From positions 20,355 to 84,354 of the forward strand of contig JBPOIU010000031.1 in NCBI GenBank assembly GCA_052034255.1: a stretch of DNA of 64,000 nt. The letters run 5' to 3'. Origin of the DNA: Planctomycetota bacterium (GTDB lineage Bacteria > Planctomycetota > B15-G4 > JADJEK01). Of this stretch, positions 1 through 11,157 are shown piece after piece (within the stretch, counting starts at the first letter, position 1; every line of letters begins with the position of its first letter). The notes beneath the pieces are model-generated. The model had not been told where the DNA came from, made no database searches, and worked only from the letters and a program-made list of their open reading frames with translations. Position numbers and translations under genes: made by a program.

Positions 1-306
1 GCGTCGGTGACCGACATGCTGGCGTGGGACCGAGCGTTGCGCGGAACGAAGATCTTGTCCGAAGCCGCGAAGCGGGAGTACTACACGGTCGGTCTGGAGC
101 AGTACGCGCTCGGCTGGGAACTCCAGCAGTGGGCCGGCCACACGGCGTACACGCACTCGGGGCACACCGGTGAAGTGGTGACGTTCTACTTCCGCAGTAT
201 CGACCCGGACGTGGTCGTGGCGATCGCGTTCAACGAGGAGCCGCCGCCCGTGCATCCGGGAACGCTGGCGCGAGAGCTCGCGGATCTCGCGCGCGCCGCC
301 GACTGA
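1..306 (+). CDS. Serine hydrolase / beta-lactamase-family protein, C-terminal part (5' end outside window)
   Basis: Frame open from base 1. YALGW...YTHSGHTG and VVVAIAFN match the C-terminal strands of class C beta-lactamase-like hydrolases. Confidence 0.7.
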   Translation, partial: ASVTDMLAWDRALRGTKILSEAAKREYYTVGLEQYALGWELQQWAGHTAYTHSGHTGEVVTFYFRSIDPDVVVAIAFNEEPPPVHPGTLARELADLARAAD

Positions 307-308
307 CA

Positions 309-366
309 GAACGTGAATCAATTGGGGGCAGACCCAACGGGGACTGCCCCCCATTGATTCACGTTC
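309..366. repeat. 23-bp inverted repeat (1 mismatch, 12-nt loop), REP-like
   Basis: gaacgtgaatcaattgggggcag (309-331) pairs with ctgccccccattgattcacgttc (344-366). Confidence 0.8.
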
Positions 367-368
367 GA

Positions 369-491
369 GGCGGCGCAGCCGCCGGACTCACCAGGTATCC
401 GAGGCGACGGCAGTCGCCGCCTCGTTCAACAGGCACTGATGTACGGCGTTGAATGACGCGAACGACCTGTTGATACGGCGGCAGCCGCCGC
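369..491. repeat. Three related short palindromes GGCG(G/A)C..GCAG(C/T)CGCC
   Basis: ggcggcgcagccgcc (369), ggcgacggcagtcgcc (about 403), cggcggcagccgccg (about 477), in the gap between convergent genes. Confidence 0.6.
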
Positions 492-628
492 CGTCGGCAC
501 CTTGTGCGTTCGGCTGTGAATCAATTCCTCGAAGCGAGGGCTTGTGTCACGGCCTCTGAATCGCGGCGGGCCGGCCGCTCGAAGCGCCATGCGGTACCGC
601 CTCGCAGCGCGGGAGTCGTTCCCGATCG

Positions 629-1678
629 TCAGGCGTGCGCGAACTCGGCGGGTAGCAGGACGGCATGACGCAGCATGCCGGCGCGCGCGAGGTCGAACAG
701 CACGTGGGTCAGGCGCTGGTCGAGGCGGCCGTTCTCGCACTCCTGTTCGAGGACGGCCATCGCGGCGCTCGGTTCCATCGGACTGCGGTACGAACGGTTC
801 GACGTGATCGCATCCCAATAGTCCGCGATGCGCACGATCCGCGCGTCGAGCGGTATCTGCTCGCCCTTCAATCCGTCCGGATATCCCGTGCCGTCGAGGT
901 TCTCGTGGTGCCAACGGATCATCGAGACCACCGGCGCCAAGCACGCGATCGGCTGGCAGAGATCGGCGCCACGTCCCGGGTGTTCCTTCATGATCGCGTA
1001 CTCGTCGGCGGTCAGCGGGCCCGGCTTGTCGAGGATGCAGTCCGGGATGGCGAGTTTGCCGATGTCGTGCAGGCGCGCGCCGAGCGCGATGCGGTCGATC
1101 TCGTCCTTCGACAGACCGATGCGTTCGGACATCAGTGCCGCGATGCGCGAGACGCGGTCGGAGTGCTGGCGCGTGTATCGACTCTTCATGTCGATGATGT
1201 GCGCGAGCGCCAGCATGAACTCCTTCAGGTGCGACTCGTCGGCGTTGCGGCGCTCCTTCAGGCGTTCGAGTTCGAGCGAGCGCCGCTGCAGGTGCTGCTT
1301 CTCGACCACGCGGTGGATCGTCGCCAGCACTTCCTCGAAGCGGAACGGCTTCTTGAAGAAGTCGAACGCGCCGACCTTCAACGACTGGATCGCGAACTCG
1401 AGTTCGAGATGGCCGGTGACCACCGCGACGTCGACGTCCGGGTAGTCGCGGCGCACGTGCGAGAGCAATTCGAGTCCGCCCATGCCCGGCATCGTCAGGT
1501 CCGTCAGGACGAGGAAGAAGCGCTGCTTGCGCAGGCAATCGAGTGCTTCATGGCCATTGCGGGCTTCGACGACGTGCGGGTAACCGCTGGCCCGGACGAA
1601 GCTGGCGAGCGCTTCGCGAATTCCGTCCTCGTCATCGACGATGAGGATTCCGCGCTCCGATGGACGATCTTCGATCAC
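629..1678 (-). CDS. Response regulator with HD-GYP (c-di-GMP phosphodiesterase) output domain, RpfG-like
   Basis: REC domain (ILIVDDE, LTDLTMP, FFKKP), then LHDIGK and HHENLDGTGYPDGL. GTG start at 1678 follows a GGGAGG RBS. Confidence 0.92.
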   Translation of the reverse strand: MIEDRPSERGILIVDDEDGIREALASFVRASGYPHVVEARNGHEALDCLRKQRFFLVLTDLTMPGMGGLELLSHVRRDYPDVDVAVVTGHLELEFAIQSLKVGAFDFFKKPFRFEEVLATIHRVVEKQHLQRRSLELERLKERRNADESHLKEFMLALAHIIDMKSRYTRQHSDRVSRIAALMSERIGLSKDEIDRIALGARLHDIGKLAIPDCILDKPGPLTADEYAIMKEHPGRGADLCQPIACLAPVVSMIRWHHENLDGTGYPDGLKGEQIPLDARIVRIADYWDAITSNRSYRSPMEPSAAMAVLEQECENGRLDQRLTHVLFDLARAGMLRHAVLLPAEFAHA

Positions 1679-1888
1679 GGCGCCCCTCCCAGTCGAAATG
1701 GCCACGCACGGAGTGCGGATGCCTTGTATCGGAGGGGCCGATGTGGCCGGGTGAGTTCTTCCAGGTTTTCCACGCCTTGGTCCACAGGTTGTGCACCGTT
1801 GTGTAACAGCGGTGAAACATCCGCAACGCGGGCAGGAAATGGCTGTTTGCCCCCAGGACTGGGGAACATCGCGTATTCGGAGTGTCGA

Positions 1889-2746
1889 TCAGCCGGCGCC
1901 TTCGGCGTTGCCTGCGGTGGGGGATTGGCCGCGAGTGTCGTCGTAGCGGAACCGTTGGCCCAGGTAGACCCGGCGGACTTCCTCGTCGTTGACGAGGTCG
2001 CGCGGCAAGCCTTCGCGCAGGATCTTGCCGGCGCTGATGATGTACGAGCGATCGGTGGTGCTCAGCGTCGAGTGGACGTCGTGGTCGGTCAGCAGGATGC
2101 CGATGCCGCGCTTCTTCAACGCGACCAGGATCTCGCTGATCTCTTCCTTCGCCTTCGGGTCGACGCCCGAGAAGGGTTCGTCGAGCAGGATCAGTCGCGG
2201 ATCGGTCGCCAACGTACGCGCGATCTCGAGGCGGCGACTCTCGCCGCCCGACAGCGTGTCGGCGCGATTCTTCGCGAGGAACGCGATGCCGAGTTCGTCG
2301 AGCAGCGCTTGCGTGATCTCCGCTCGCTGCGCGCGCGCGTACCCGCGCACTTCGAGCACGGCGAGGATGTTCTCCTCGACCGTCATCTGGCGGAATACCG
2401 AGCGCTCTTGCGACAGGTAGCCGATGCCGAGCCGCGCGCGCTTGTACATCGCGTGACGCGTGACGTCGATGCCGTCGAACTCGACCTTGCCTTGCTCCGG
2501 CGTGATCAGGCCCACGGTCATATGGAACGACGTGGTCTTGCCGGCGCCGTTCGGACCGAGCAGCCCGACGATCTCCGAGGGATTGACGTGGAACGAGACG
2601 CCGTCGACGACCGTGCGCTTGCCGTAGATCTTCACCAGTCCGCGGACGACCAGCAGCGGCTTTTGCGCCTGCGACGGGCGCGACTGCGTGGCCGGTCGCG
2701 GATTGGCGGACGGCGGTACGCGGAGCCGGGCTTCCGGTTGCGTCAT
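1889..2746 (-). CDS. lptB: LPS export ABC transporter ATP-binding protein
   Basis: GPNGAGKTT, LSGGESRRLEIAR, LLDEPFSGVDP, TDHDV, VRRVYLG are characteristic of LptB. Confidence 0.9.
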   Translation of the reverse strand: MTQPEARLRVPPSANPRPATQSRPSQAQKPLLVVRGLVKIYGKRTVVDGVSFHVNPSEIVGLLGPNGAGKTTSFHMTVGLITPEQGKVEFDGIDVTRHAMYKRARLGIGYLSQERSVFRQMTVEENILAVLEVRGYARAQRAEITQALLDELGIAFLAKNRADTLSGGESRRLEIARTLATDPRLILLDEPFSGVDPKAKEEISEILVALKKRGIGILLTDHDVHSTLSTTDRSYIISAGKILREGLPRDLVNDEEVRRVYLGQRFRYDDTRGQSPTAGNAEGAG

Positions 2747-4356
2747 CGAATCAGCTTCCAGCGAAAGTGCGGAACGATCGGCCAGAATACCGCCAGTGCT
2801 TTGCCGAGCAGCAACTTGCGCGGCGCGAACCGGAAGCGATCGTCGGCCACTTGGTGGAACGTCGCGTCCGAGCGCTGGCGCAGCCTATACGTCTCGCCGT
2901 AGATGTCGATGAACTGATCCGGCGCGCCGCCCTGCGCGTTGCTGATGTCGCGGTAGGTGCTGGTGCCGTCCGCGAAACGGACTTCTTGCACGTTCCAGTA
3001 CCGGCTGTCGCTGGAGTTCTGCGTGTTGTCGCCGAGCACGAGCAAGCCGTCGTCCGGCACGTCGAACGAGCCGAGCGGCGCGCGTCCCGACTTCGTGTAG
3101 TGGATGTCGCGACGCACGAGGAGGTCCGCGACGCGGGCCGTTCCGCCGACGATCTCGAACTCGATCCCGGACTCCGCGGCCTGAGCCGAGGGCATCTCGT
3201 CGTAGGCGTAGCGCAGCAGCGGATCGCCATCGACGCAGAGCAGCAGTTCCTGATCGACGTGGATGAACTCGACCCGCGACGTGCGTCCCTGGGCCAAGCC
3301 ACTCGTTTTGGCGGTGCCGACGATCGGTGAGCCGCCCGTCCGGCCGACCAACCCGGCGTCGCCACCTCCGAGCACGCCGGACTCGAGTCGGGCTTCGCCG
3401 TCGATGCGCAGGACGGCACGGTGCTCCAGGCCTTGTCCCGCGATCACGACGCGTACGTCGCTGCAGCCCGCATCCGGCGTGACGTCGAACGCGATCGACA
3501 GATCGGCGACGTTGTTCGCACCTTCGGAACCGCTCGCGGAGTGGGCCAGCGGAATGCCCCAGTCCGGGTCGTAGCCGTCGAGGTAGTGGTCACGAATGCC
3601 GTCGCCGTGACCGAAGCGAACGAGCGAGTCCGCGCCCACGGCGACTTCGTCGCCATCCGCCGTAGCTTGCCCGCGCAGCACGTCGAAGGCAGCGGCGAAC
3701 GACTCGCCCTTCACGCCCGACGGATACAGCGTCTTCATGACCGCATCGCGCACGCTCGTCGGCTTGCGCGCGATCTTGAACGGGCCATAGGTCCCGCTCT
3801 CGCCCTTCGTCGCCGTGAAGATGTTGCCGTTCTCGATGGAGATGCGTTCGCCCGGCAACCCGATCAAGCGCTTGATGTAGTTCTTGCTGCGATCGAGCGG
3901 GTACTTGAAGACCACGACGTCGAAGCGCTCGGGCTCGTCGAGCAGGTATGCGAATTTGTTGACGAGTACGCGGTCGTAGATCTGCGCCTCGTCGTTGCCG
4001 AGGATCGTCGGCTGCATCGAGCCGGTCGGGATCTTGTACGCCTCGAGCAGGAAGTGCTTCAGGATCAGCGCCATCACGACCGCGATCGCGAGGCACTCGA
4101 TGTTCTCGGCGACCACGCGGCCCTTGCCGACGCCGAACAGCCAGCCCATCCAACCGAACAGTCCGACGATCGCGAAGCGGCCGTAATGCCAGACCTGCGT
4201 CCGCTTCAGGGCGTCGTCGAGCAGAGGTTCGGCGAACTCCTTGACGCCGTATCCGATCAATACGCCGATCACGAGCATCAACACAGCGGAGGCCGGTACG
4301 TCGTTCGATTCGGGCGGCGTCGAGTGGGGCGTGGCACCGTCGCGTTCGTTCGCCAT
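2743..4356 (-). CDS. lepB: Signal peptidase I with large beta-rich insertion
   Basis: Catalytic Ser (IPTGSMQPT), Lys (YIKRLIG), GDNTQNSSDSRYW and GKALAVFWP. Lies downstream of lepA. Confidence 0.92.
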   Translation of the reverse strand: MANERDGATPHSTPPESNDVPASAVLMLVIGVLIGYGVKEFAEPLLDDALKRTQVWHYGRFAIVGLFGWMGWLFGVGKGRVVAENIECLAIAVVMALILKHFLLEAYKIPTGSMQPTILGNDEAQIYDRVLVNKFAYLLDEPERFDVVVFKYPLDRSKNYIKRLIGLPGERISIENGNIFTATKGESGTYGPFKIARKPTSVRDAVMKTLYPSGVKGESFAAAFDVLRGQATADGDEVAVGADSLVRFGHGDGIRDHYLDGYDPDWGIPLAHSASGSEGANNVADLSIAFDVTPDAGCSDVRVVIAGQGLEHRAVLRIDGEARLESGVLGGGDAGLVGRTGGSPIVGTAKTSGLAQGRTSRVEFIHVDQELLLCVDGDPLLRYAYDEMPSAQAAESGIEFEIVGGTARVADLLVRRDIHYTKSGRAPLGSFDVPDDGLLVLGDNTQNSSDSRYWNVQEVRFADGTSTYRDISNAQGGAPDQFIDIYGETYRLRQRSDATFHQVADDRFRFAPRKLLLGKALAVFWPIVPHFRWKLIR

Positions 4357-4428
4357 GGGTCTCGAGTTTCGTTTCGCGAAAGGGTCAGGAAGCTCTGGTC
4401 CGGACGCGCGAACGCCTGGCGTCCGCCG

Positions 4429-6242
<1,814 letters not shown>

Positions 6243-6246
<4 letters not shown>

Positions 6247-6854
6247 GGTGCTCGGCCTTCGATCCATCCAAGGCGGCGCAAGCTCTCCACGAGGTGGTCG
6301 AGAGCGTGGCCGCGGTGACTGAGAGCGTCTTTGCGCGACGAGTCCAGCTCCGCGAACGTCAGGCCGCTGCCTGGGTCCAGGAACAGCGGATCGTAGCCGA
6401 AGCCTCCGTTACCCCGCTGCTCGGTCAGGATCGCGCCTTCGCAGGTTCCCGTGGCTTCGGCGAGGATCTCGGCGCCTTGCGCCAACGCCAGCGCGCAGAC
6501 GAAGCGCGCCGTGCGCGCGGGCGCCGCGACGTGCGCGAGACGCTCGAGCAGCAAGCGGCGGTTCTTTGCGTCGTCGCTGGGCTCGCCGGCGAACCGCGCC
6601 GAACGCACGCCCGGGGCGCCGTGGAGCGCATCGACGGCCAATCCGGAGTCGTCCGCGAGCACCGGCAGCGACGTCACGGCCGCGAATGCCAGCGCCTTCT
6701 TGCGTGCGTTCTCGGCGAACGTCGTCCCGTCTTCGACCGGGTCGAGCGTCAAGCCGAGATCGGCGGGCACCAGCACCTCGACGCCGTGGCGGCCGAGGAT
6801 GCGGACCAGCTCGGCGCGCTTCTTCGCGTTGTTCGACGCGAGCAGCAATTTCAT
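6243..6854 (-). CDS. rdgB: Non-canonical purine NTP pyrophosphatase (RdgB/HAM1)
   Basis: MKLLLASNNAKK, ADDSGLAVDAL, GFGYDPLF, SHRG. ATG at 6854 overlaps the rph stop (ATGA). Confidence 0.95.
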
Positions 6855-7576
6855 GGCGCGTCCTCGCGGATCGCCGCGCGCTGCGCGTCGCGAACGGCGT
6901 GCGCGCCGGCGCGCGCGGCGTCGAGGAAGCGCAGCAGTTGGGCGTGGTCGAACGCGCCCCGTTCGGCGGTGCCTTGCACTTCGACGTACTCGTCGCGCTC
7001 GGTCAGGACGACGTTCAGATCGACTTCGGCGCGATTGTCCTCGGCGGCGTCGAGGTCGACCCACGTCTCGCCGTCGACTTTCCCGACCGACACGGCGGAC
7101 AGCAGCGACGTCAACGGGGACACCGTGACCTCGCCGCGCTCCAATGCGCGGCGGATCGCGTCGTGCACAGCGATCACGGCGCCGTTGATCGCCGCGGTGC
7201 GCGTGCCGCCATCGGCCTCGAGGACGTCGCAGTCGACGAACAACGTCATGCCGGGCATCCGACGCAAGTCGATGCACGCGCGCAGCGCGCGGCCGACCAA
7301 GCGTTGGATCTCCGTCGAGCGGCCGTCGACCTTGCCGCGGCCGCTGTCGCGGGCTTTGCGCGTTCGGGTCGAGCCCGGAAGCATCGCGTACTCGGCCGTC
7401 AGCCAGCCCTTGTCGGTGCCGAGCAGGAACGGCGGGACACCTTCTTCGAGCATGGCGGTGCAGAGGACTTTCGTCCGGCCCCAACGCACCAACACCGAAC
7501 CGCCGGGCGTCGCGGTGAAGCCGCGCTCGAAGGTCAGCGGTCGAATGGTGTGTTCGGTTCGCTCGAAACTGCGCAC
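6851..7576 (-). CDS. rph: Ribonuclease PH
   Basis: GWLTAEYAMLP, RSTEIQRLVGR, DGGTRTAAING, VEVQGTAE. Canonical rph-rdgB pair. Confidence 0.97.
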   Translation of the reverse strand: MRSFERTEHTIRPLTFERGFTATPGGSVLVRWGRTKVLCTAMLEEGVPPFLLGTDKGWLTAEYAMLPGSTRTRKARDSGRGKVDGRSTEIQRLVGRALRACIDLRRMPGMTLFVDCDVLEADGGTRTAAINGAVIAVHDAIRRALERGEVTVSPLTSLLSAVSVGKVDGETWVDLDAAEDNRAEVDLNVVLTERDEYVEVQGTAERGAFDHAQLLRFLDAARAGAHAVRDAQRAAIREDAP

Positions 7577-7647
7577 GACCCGCTCCAGGGCTTCCCGGTC
7601 GGAGCGACCGAGACGAAGCCGGGCAGTCTATCGCCCGGCGAGCCGCC

Positions 7648-8847
7648 TCAGGAAGCCTTGGCCTTGAGCGCTTCGTCGCGGGCGATGCGGCGGTCCGCCA
7701 GCATCAACAGGATCTTCTTCAGCGCCCCGAGCGCGTACAGAGTTGCCGCGAGCAGCACCAACAGCCCGCCGACCGCGATCTGGATCCACGGGTCGTCGAT
7801 CCGGCGGTATTCGAGATAGGTCGCGATCGCGTGCCGATTGAGCACGATCGCGGCCACGCAGCTGAGCGTGCCGAGCGTGAACGGGTGCGACAGCAGGATC
7901 GCGTCGCAGATGCGATGCAGCGCGTGCGGGGGGCCGCGCCGGCCATGCAAGATCGCGGTCGCGGCTTCGGCCACCAAGCCCGTCCCGAGCAGCGTGATCC
8001 CGGTCACCGTCAGCACCACGATCGTGAACACGCGGTAGATCGCGTCCGCCGGCAGCGCGCCGGTGTCCAGCAGATGGCGAATCGGTTGCGCGCTGTAGAG
8101 GCCAGCGATCACGAGGCAGAGCAGGCCCGGCGCACCGAAGAACGCGAACGGTCGATACGACAGCGCGATCTCGCCGAGCACGCGCAGGAAGCGTTGGCCG
8201 TCCTTCAGTACCGACAGCTTCGAGGTGCCGATGCGCTCGGCGTACGGGATCGGGACTTCGACCAGCTTCAGCGACTGGTCGAACACGGCCTTCGCGCTCA
8301 TCGCCGGCGTGAAGTGCATGCCGTCGGGCAGCGGGGCGAGCTTCGGCAGTGCGTCGCGTCGCATCACGCGCATGCCGCTCGCGAGGTCGGTGACGTGCTG
8401 CGGCGACACGACGTTGATCATCGTCGCGAACAGCCGATTGCCGAGCCGTCGGATCGGCGGCATGTGATTGCCCGGCGCCAAGCGGTTGCCGGAGACGACG
8501 TCGGCGTCCTGCTCGACGAGCGTCTTCGCGAGCCGGCCGAGCAGCAGGGGATCGCAGGTGCCGTCGGCGTCGAGGAACGACAGCAATTCGCCGCGCGCCG
8601 CCGCGAAGCCGGTCTTGATCGCGACGCCGTAGCCCTTGTTGACGCCGTGCTGCACGAGCTCTGCGTCGGCGATCTCGCGCACGATCGCGGCCGTGCGATC
8701 GGACGAGCCGTCGTCGACCACGATGACGTCGACGGCGTCGAGGCCGGCCTCGGCGCGGATGGCCGCGCGCGCGTCGAGACACGAGCGGACGGTCTTGCCG
8801 ATGGCCGCCTCTTCGTTGAAGGCGGGGATGACGATGGACAGGCGCAC
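7648..8847 (-). CDS. Glycosyltransferase family 2 (DPM-synthase-like) with C-terminal membrane helices
   Basis: IVIPAFNEE, VVDDGSSD, FLDADGT, PIPYAERIGTSKL. Start uncertain (8847 GTG or 8877). Confidence 0.88.
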   Translation of the reverse strand: MRLSIVIPAFNEEAAIGKTVRSCLDARAAIRAEAGLDAVDVIVVDDGSSDRTAAIVREIADAELVQHGVNKGYGVAIKTGFAAARGELLSFLDADGTCDPLLLGRLAKTLVEQDADVVSGNRLAPGNHMPPIRRLGNRLFATMINVVSPQHVTDLASGMRVMRRDALPKLAPLPDGMHFTPAMSAKAVFDQSLKLVEVPIPYAERIGTSKLSVLKDGQRFLRVLGEIALSYRPFAFFGAPGLLCLVIAGLYSAQPIRHLLDTGALPADAIYRVFTIVVLTVTGITLLGTGLVAEAATAILHGRRGPPHALHRICDAILLSHPFTLGTLSCVAAIVLNRHAIATYLEYRRIDDPWIQIAVGGLLVLLAATLYALGALKKILLMLADRRIARDEALKAKAS

Positions 8848-8938
8848 GCGCGGATTCTCTAGCGACCAAGGACACATTCAAGGGGGCGCGCCGATTGTTT
8901 CGCCGCGTTGGCTCGCTCCGGTGTTCGAGGTTCGGGGA

Positions 8939-9781
8939 TCACGCGGTCGGACTCGTCCCGTCGCGGCCACGTCCGTCGCGCGGCACGCCGTCGATCGCGA
9001 TGACCTCGACCAGTTCAGCGGCCCACGTGGTCCTCGAACCGTCGTCATGGGTGAGGATCGGCGCGAGGTCCGCGTCCACGCCCGCGAACGTTCCGACGCG
9101 GCGTTCGTGGCCGCGCGCGAGCTCGACGCGATGCCCCGACAGTCCGTCGTGCGCGTTCAACCGGTGCGCCAGTGCGGGGACGCCGTCGAGCTCGAACGCG
9201 CGCCACTCCTGTTCCAGTCCGTGCAGGACCGCATCGAGAGCCGAGCCGAGGTCGGCGAAGCGCGCGCCCGCGGCCTGCAGCGAGCCCGGTCGTTCGCGCA
9301 GCTCTTCAGGGGGCGGCGTGTTCGGAACCAGGACGTTGACGCCGATCCCGATCACGTGCGCGCGACCGCCGTCCAGTGCTTCGGCCAGGATGCCCGCGAC
9401 CTTGGCGCCATCCGCGTCCACGACGTCGTTCGGCCAGCGGACGCGCAGCACGCCGCCGTAGGCCGAAGCCGCGCGCACGACGCCGAGAGCGGCCAGCTGG
9501 GTGACGCACGCCGGCCGAGCCAACGCGCGGTGCGGCACGACCACCAGCGACAACGCGAGTCCCGCGCCGGGAGGCGACCACCACCGTCGTCCACGGGTCC
9601 CGCGGCCCGACGTCTGCTCGTGCGTGGTGACGACCAGGCCGTCGCTCGCCGCGCCGAGTTCGGCGTAGGCGAGCTTCGCCAAATCCTGCGTCGAGGATGC
9701 CGTCCGATGCACGTCGACGCGGCGGCCGAAGCGGCGGTCGCGATGCTCGCCCGCGCAGCGCTCGAGTCCGTCGTCGCTCAC
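8939..9781 (-). CDS. birA: Biotin--[acetyl-CoA carboxylase] ligase, no N-terminal HTH
   Basis: ASSTQD, QTSGRGTRGRRWWSP, RWPNDV, KVAGILAE, IGIGVNV. GTG start overlaps the upstream stop. Confidence 0.9.
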   Translation of the reverse strand: MSDDGLERCAGEHRDRRFGRRVDVHRTASSTQDLAKLAYAELGAASDGLVVTTHEQTSGRGTRGRRWWSPPGAGLALSLVVVPHRALARPACVTQLAALGVVRAASAYGGVLRVRWPNDVVDADGAKVAGILAEALDGGRAHVIGIGVNVLVPNTPPPEELRERPGSLQAAGARFADLGSALDAVLHGLEQEWRAFELDGVPALAHRLNAHDGLSGHRVELARGHERRVGTFAGVDADLAPILTHDDGSRTTWAAELVEVIAIDGVPRDGRGRDGTSPTA

Positions 9782-11157
9782 GGCTCGCCCTCGCGCGGGT
9801 CGCACAGCAGCGCGATCGCGGCGATCGCCAACGGCGCCATGTGGAAGAACGTGCGCGGGATCGAGGTCGCCAGCGAATCGACGATCGGCAGCGGCGTCAC
9901 CACGAACACCAACGCGTACGCGACGGCCATCGCGCACAACACGGCGAGCGTGAACACGACGGCCGGACGCGCGATGCGTCGCACGCAGAGCACGAGCGCG
10001 CCTGCGAGCGCGATCCACGCCACGCCGTGCCGATCGACCGCGAGTGCTTCGCCGACCGCGACGCGGACGATCACCCCGCCGCGCCAGGCGTTGGCTTCGA
10101 GGCGTTCTGTGGTGATCTGCTCCTGATAATTCTCGTCCCGTGCCGGGAGCTGCGCGCGGTACGCGAACCACGGCGCCGCGAGGGCAGTGGCGACGACCAG
10201 CGTCACACCGAGCGTGCGCAGGTCACCGCCGCGCGACGCTCGGAATCGCGTGACCGCGAGCGCGAGCACTCCGGCACCGGCGAGCGCGATCGTCAGCGGT
10301 TGGCCCTCGTTCTTCGTGAACAGCGCGAACCCGACGCAGGCGCCGAGCATCGCGGCGCTGCGTGCGTCGCGCCGCTGCGCCCACGTCAACGCAGTCGCCA
10401 GCGTCGCGGCGACGAGGGCGGTGAACATGGGATCGGCGTAACCGGCCGGGATCGAGCCGGGGAAGCGGAAGTCGATCCCACTGCGCCAGAATTGCGGCGT
10501 GGCGATCAACATCGCTCCGGCCAGAGCCGCGAGTCGGGGAGAGACGCGCGTGCGCAACGCGCCAAATAGCGCCAGCCCAGCGCCGAGCTGTGCGAGCAGG
10601 AACACGCCGCGCGCGGGGCCTTCGGCGGGTTCGCCGACGCAACCGTGGACGAACGCCTGAGCGAGCGGCACGACGAGCGGGTAGTTCGGATGGAACAGGA
10701 AGCGCCCGTCCTCGACCAGGTCCGGCGTCCGCACGGATCCGTCGCGTGCGAGTGCGAGCGCCTTCAGCCCCCAGTTGGAGAACGCGTCGTTGGCCGGGGG
10801 TAGCCACGCGACGAACGTGATGCCGAGGGCGAGGCAGGCGACGGGCACCGCGACGCGGGCCACGCGTTCGAACCATGGCGTGGGAGGTGCGGGTGCGGCC
10901 GCATCCGAGCTCCGCCGCGTGCGCCACGCGCTTGCCAGCCACACGACAAGCGTTACGCAGCCGAGAGCGCGGAACGCGACGGTGGTCCACGTCACGCCGG
11001 CGAGGCTGCCGACGAACGCCACCCAGGCGATGATCGCGGGCCCGAGGACGCACGCGAGCCCGCGACGCAGCGCTTCGTCCCGGCACGTCGCGCGCGCCAC
11101 GACGTCGCCCGCGGCATACGTCGAACACAATGCGAGTCCCGCCCACAGCGCGCTCAT
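9778..11157 (-). CDS. Multi-pass membrane protein, GT-C (PMT/ArnT-like) glycosyltransferase candidate
   Basis: Many TM segments; NDAFSNWGLKA, HPNYPL, GYADPM, FTKNEG motifs typical of GT-C-like proteins. ATG at 11157 in an ATGA overlap. Confidence 0.65.
   Translation of the reverse strand: MSALWAGLALCSTYAAGDVVARATCRDEALRRGLACVLGPAIIAWVAFVGSLAGVTWTTVAFRALGCVTLVVWLASAWRTRRSSDAAAPAPPTPWFERVARVAVPVACLALGITFVAWLPPANDAFSNWGLKALALARDGSVRTPDLVEDGRFLFHPNYPLVVPLAQAFVHGCVGEPAEGPARGVFLLAQLGAGLALFGALRTRVSPRLAALAGAMLIATPQFWRSGIDFRFPGSIPAGYADPMFTALVAATLATALTWAQRRDARSAAMLGACVGFALFTKNEGQPLTIALAGAGVLALAVTRFRASRGGDLRTLGVTLVVATALAAPWFAYRAQLPARDENYQEQITTERLEANAWRGGVIVRVAVGEALAVDRHGVAWIALAGALVLCVRRIARPAVVFTLAVLCAMAVAYALVFVVTPLPIVDSLATSIPRTFFHMAPLAIAAIALLCDPREGEP

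Noticed and set aside
1845-1852. GGGCAAAC upstream of the HD-GYP gene (second c-di-GMP riboswitch?)
   Set aside because: Not followed by a GNRA-capped P2 or GACGCAAAG.
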